IMG/VR virus record: IMGVR_UViG_3300044723_007969
DNA: 64,000 bases
Reading direction: 5' to 3' (one strand)
DNA from: a virus
Taxonomy: Duplodnaviria > Caudoviricetes
A model generated the notes under the pieces. That model did not search any database, had not been told where the DNA came from, and saw nothing but the letters and a program-made list of their open reading frames with translations. Positions 61,738 through 64,000 of this stretch are shown piece by piece. Each line of letters opens with the position of its first letter. Position 1 is the first letter of the stretch. The position numbers were made by a program, and so were the translations under genes.

Positions 61738-62191
61738 ACCCTGGAACAGAGATAAGGATTATGACACACTAGTAAAGTGGTGGAGACAGTGGGAATTTGG
61801 CGTAGTGCCAAAAGAGTGTTTACCGCCGGAGGGTGTTATGGTAGAAGTAGATGGAAAACCAATTTGTGCCAGTGGACTATATGTGGGCCAAGGAACACAG
61901 TTTGGATTCATGGAATGGGTGGTATCAGACAAACAAGCAGATCGTAGAAAACTACACGAATCATTGAAATTATGTATCGATAGCATAATGTCATTGGCCA
62001 AAGACAAGGGGTTAAAACTGGTTTACACTGCTACCAAGCACGAAGCATTGGGCAAAAGATATCAAAAATACCACGAAATGATGCTCACAGAGAGTAATGT
62101 AAAGACTTTCCTACGAGATTTAGACGGAAATTACACAAACGATTTAGAGTGGATACAGGACGAAGAGCAATACTTCAAAGGCAATAAATAA
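61727..62191 (+). CDS. GNAT-like acetyltransferase
   Basis: LP..G...E..G.P....GLY, A...G.K..Y.......L...Y pattern. Confidence 0.55.
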   Translation: MLVRPWNRDKDYDTLVKWWRQWEFGVVPKECLPPEGVMVEVDGKPICASGLYVGQGTQFGFMEWVVSDKQADRRKLHESLKLCIDSIMSLAKDKGLKLVYTATKHEALGKRYQKYHEMMLTESNVKTFLRDLDGNYTNDLEWIQDEEQYFKGNK

Positions 62192-62210
62192 GCATAAGGA
62201 GAACATTTAA

Positions 62211-62387
62211 ATGGCAACAAAACAAGAAGTGGCAGACTATATCAATGATAATTTCGAGACAGTCTGGACAGCAGAAGAGCAGACGAAAGTCGATCAGATG
62301 CTTAATCCAGCACTAGCGGAGATTTTAATCAAACTAGTAGGTGACGTAAGTTTCTTGACTGAAGTTAGAGATAACAGATCTAACTAA
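62211..62387 (+). CDS. 58-aa hypothetical protein (not in the ORF track)
   Basis: MATKQEVADYINDNFETVWTAEEQ...DNRSN; SD AAGGAG and ATAAATA at 62184-62190. Confidence 0.7.
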   Translation: MATKQEVADYINDNFETVWTAEEQTKVDQMLNPALAEILIKLVGDVSFLTEVRDNRSN

Positions 62388-62395
62388 TTTGGGAT

Positions 62396-64000
62396 ATGGC
62401 ATACAACATTAACAACACATTCGGGACCTTATTGGTCACATTACCAGATGGTACAATCGATACCACTACTACCGACCTTGCGTTGTTTGGAAAGAGTTAT
62501 GCAGGGTTTGGTGAAAAGTTAAATGAGAATCTTGTCAAACTACTAGAGAACTTCAACAACACTTCGGCTCCTAACAACAAAATTCAAGGTCAACTTTGGT
62601 TTGACCAAACTAATAAACAAATTAATGTATATGACGGTACAAAATTTAAACCAGTAGGTTCTCCAACTCCTTCAACTGCACAGCCAACAAACGCTGTATT
62701 GGGTGATGAATGGTTTGACACAAACGCAAATCAGTTCTACATCTACAACGGTGCAGACTGGACACTGATCGGACCAACAACAGTTGCAGGATCAGGTGTA
62801 ACACAGGTGATACCAGAAACAGCACCAGACGACACAGGTGTAAATCAGTCATATCTTAAACTGGTAGCCAACGACGCAGTGGTCGGTGTTGTATCAGATG
62901 TGGCATTCACTCCGAGCGCCACGGACACAGTATCTCAAGCATTGGTCACAGCAGGTTTTGCCACAGTGGGACAAGGTATACAACTTTCAAGTTCGGTTGC
63001 GGCAGTAAAATTCAGAGGAACAGCCACAGACACAGACGCAATGGGCGGAGTGGCCGCGGCCAACTATCTCAGATCAGACACTAACGACACGACAACAGGT
63101 AGATTGACCGTACAGAACGACCTAGGAATTAGAATAGGTGGTGGACTGGATATCAACATGTCTATGTCAGGTGATGATTTCACAATAGCAAACACCACTA
63201 GTAATGGTGACATCGCTTTCACGTTGAATTCAACAGTGTTTGGTGGAACAAGGAAAGTGATGGACATGGATGGAGGAACAGGACGTGTCAACATATTTGA
63301 GGGCGGAAACATCACATGTGATAACTTGACAGTCAGAGGAACACAGGTGATAATGAACACTTCTACACTCTCAGTTGAGGACAACATAATAGAACTCAAC
63401 AGGAACATTTCATCAAACGCGGCCACACCAAAATTCACAGGAATCAAAGTCAAAAGAGGATCTGTGTCCTCAGCAATAGAACAGGACCTATTTTGGGTAT
63501 GGGACGAGACTTTCGCAGACGATGGCTCAACAACTTACGGAAATGCAGGTGGTGCCTTTACAGCATTCAAGTCAGGTGGTGGAGACGACGAATTATCGGC
63601 ACCTACTCTAGTTGATATAAGGGCCAATGTAGTACATGCCACAACAACATCGGCCATGTACGCAGACTTGGCAGAGAGATATGAAGCCGACTGTGAGACA
63701 GAAGTGGGAGATGTGGTGATGCTAGGAGGACATGCAGAGATCACCAAGTGCAACAAAGAACTTTGTGACCAAGTTTTTGGGGTGATTTCAGATTCTCCAG
63801 CGTTTTTGATGAATGCCCAAGCGGGAAACAACGATTCACACCCCATGGTGGCACTAAAAGGACGTGTTTTTGTCAAAATACAGGGTACTGGTAAAGCAGG
63901 AGATCGTGTTGTATCAGCAGGAAACGGTGAAGCAAGGATCGCCGAGTTGGACGAATGTACCGCTTTTAACACACTCGGTAGACTGCTCAAGGATAAATAC
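62396..64000 (+). CDS. short tail fibre paralogue with G2-like chaperone domain (runs off the window)
   Basis: MAYNINNTFG..GKSYAGFGEKLNENLVKLLENF; YADLAERY..ALKGRVFVK; the last codons of the window are in the same frame with no stop. Confidence 0.8.
   Translation, partial: MAYNINNTFGTLLVTLPDGTIDTTTTDLALFGKSYAGFGEKLNENLVKLLENFNNTSAPNNKIQGQLWFDQTNKQINVYDGTKFKPVGSPTPSTAQPTNAVLGDEWFDTNANQFYIYNGADWTLIGPTTVAGSGVTQVIPETAPDDTGVNQSYLKLVANDAVVGVVSDVAFTPSATDTVSQALVTAGFATVGQGIQLSSSVAAVKFRGTATDTDAMGGVAAANYLRSDTNDTTTGRLTVQNDLGIRIGGGLDINMSMSGDDFTIANTTSNGDIAFTLNSTVFGGTRKVMDMDGGTGRVNIFEGGNITCDNLTVRGTQVIMNTSTLSVEDNIIELNRNISSNAATPKFTGIKVKRGSVSSAIEQDLFWVWDETFADDGSTTYGNAGGAFTAFKSGGGDDELSAPTLVDIRANVVHATTTSAMYADLAERYEADCETEVGDVVMLGGHAEITKCNKELCDQVFGVISDSPAFLMNAQAGNNDSHPMVALKGRVFVKIQGTGKAGDRVVSAGNGEARIAELDECTAFNTLGRLLKDKY

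Noticed and set aside
63993-63999. ATAAATA at the window end as a late promoter
   Set aside because: Lies inside the open frame (KDKY) and no downstream context is visible
1-64000. Stop-codon recoding, tRNA genes, DGR or reverse transcriptase, integrase
   Set aside because: Genes are intact in the standard code, and I recognised no cloverleaf, RT or recombinase motifs

Overview
This 64-kb window comes from a large tailed dsDNA phage with a contractile tail. It is a distant T4-like or jumbo-phage type and probably aquatic (inferred), and it uses the standard genetic code. It holds most of the virion morphogenesis region. 0.4-15 kb: fibre, decoration and adhesin genes, mostly on the minus strand. 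15.5-22 kb: head module (major capsid, scaffold, prohead protease, acidic core protein, portal). 22-25.5 kb: tape-measure candidate and gp26/gp51-like hub chaperones. 25.5-32 kb: accessory and replication block (DUF1415-like protein, ATE/Bpt-like aminoacyl transferase, a ~440-nt structured non-coding element, GIY-YIG nuclease, Hc1-like histone mimic, Rad50/Mre11, late sigma). 32-64 kb: baseplate and fibre module (tube initiator, gp53, hub, gp5, gp25, gp6, a 4296-aa wedge protein, fibres) with an embedded Hint/hydroxylase/SDR/GNAT cluster. Best leads: (1) a promoter-driven, highly structured non-coding element at 27.08-27.52 kb between an ATE-like gene and a GIY-YIG nuclease; (2) a probable lambda G/GT-style -1 frameshift joining the gp26-like gene to the next ORF; (3) a candidate virion post-translational modification system (Hint, S74 and G2-like autoprocessing domains, hydroxylase, SDR, GNAT, GT-like enzymes, enriched D[GD]S[TS] motifs); (4) leaderless late mRNAs and a dual-use early/late promoter 10-mer; (5) strong GCWGC avoidance. 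All family calls are from motif recognition by eye; no searches were run.
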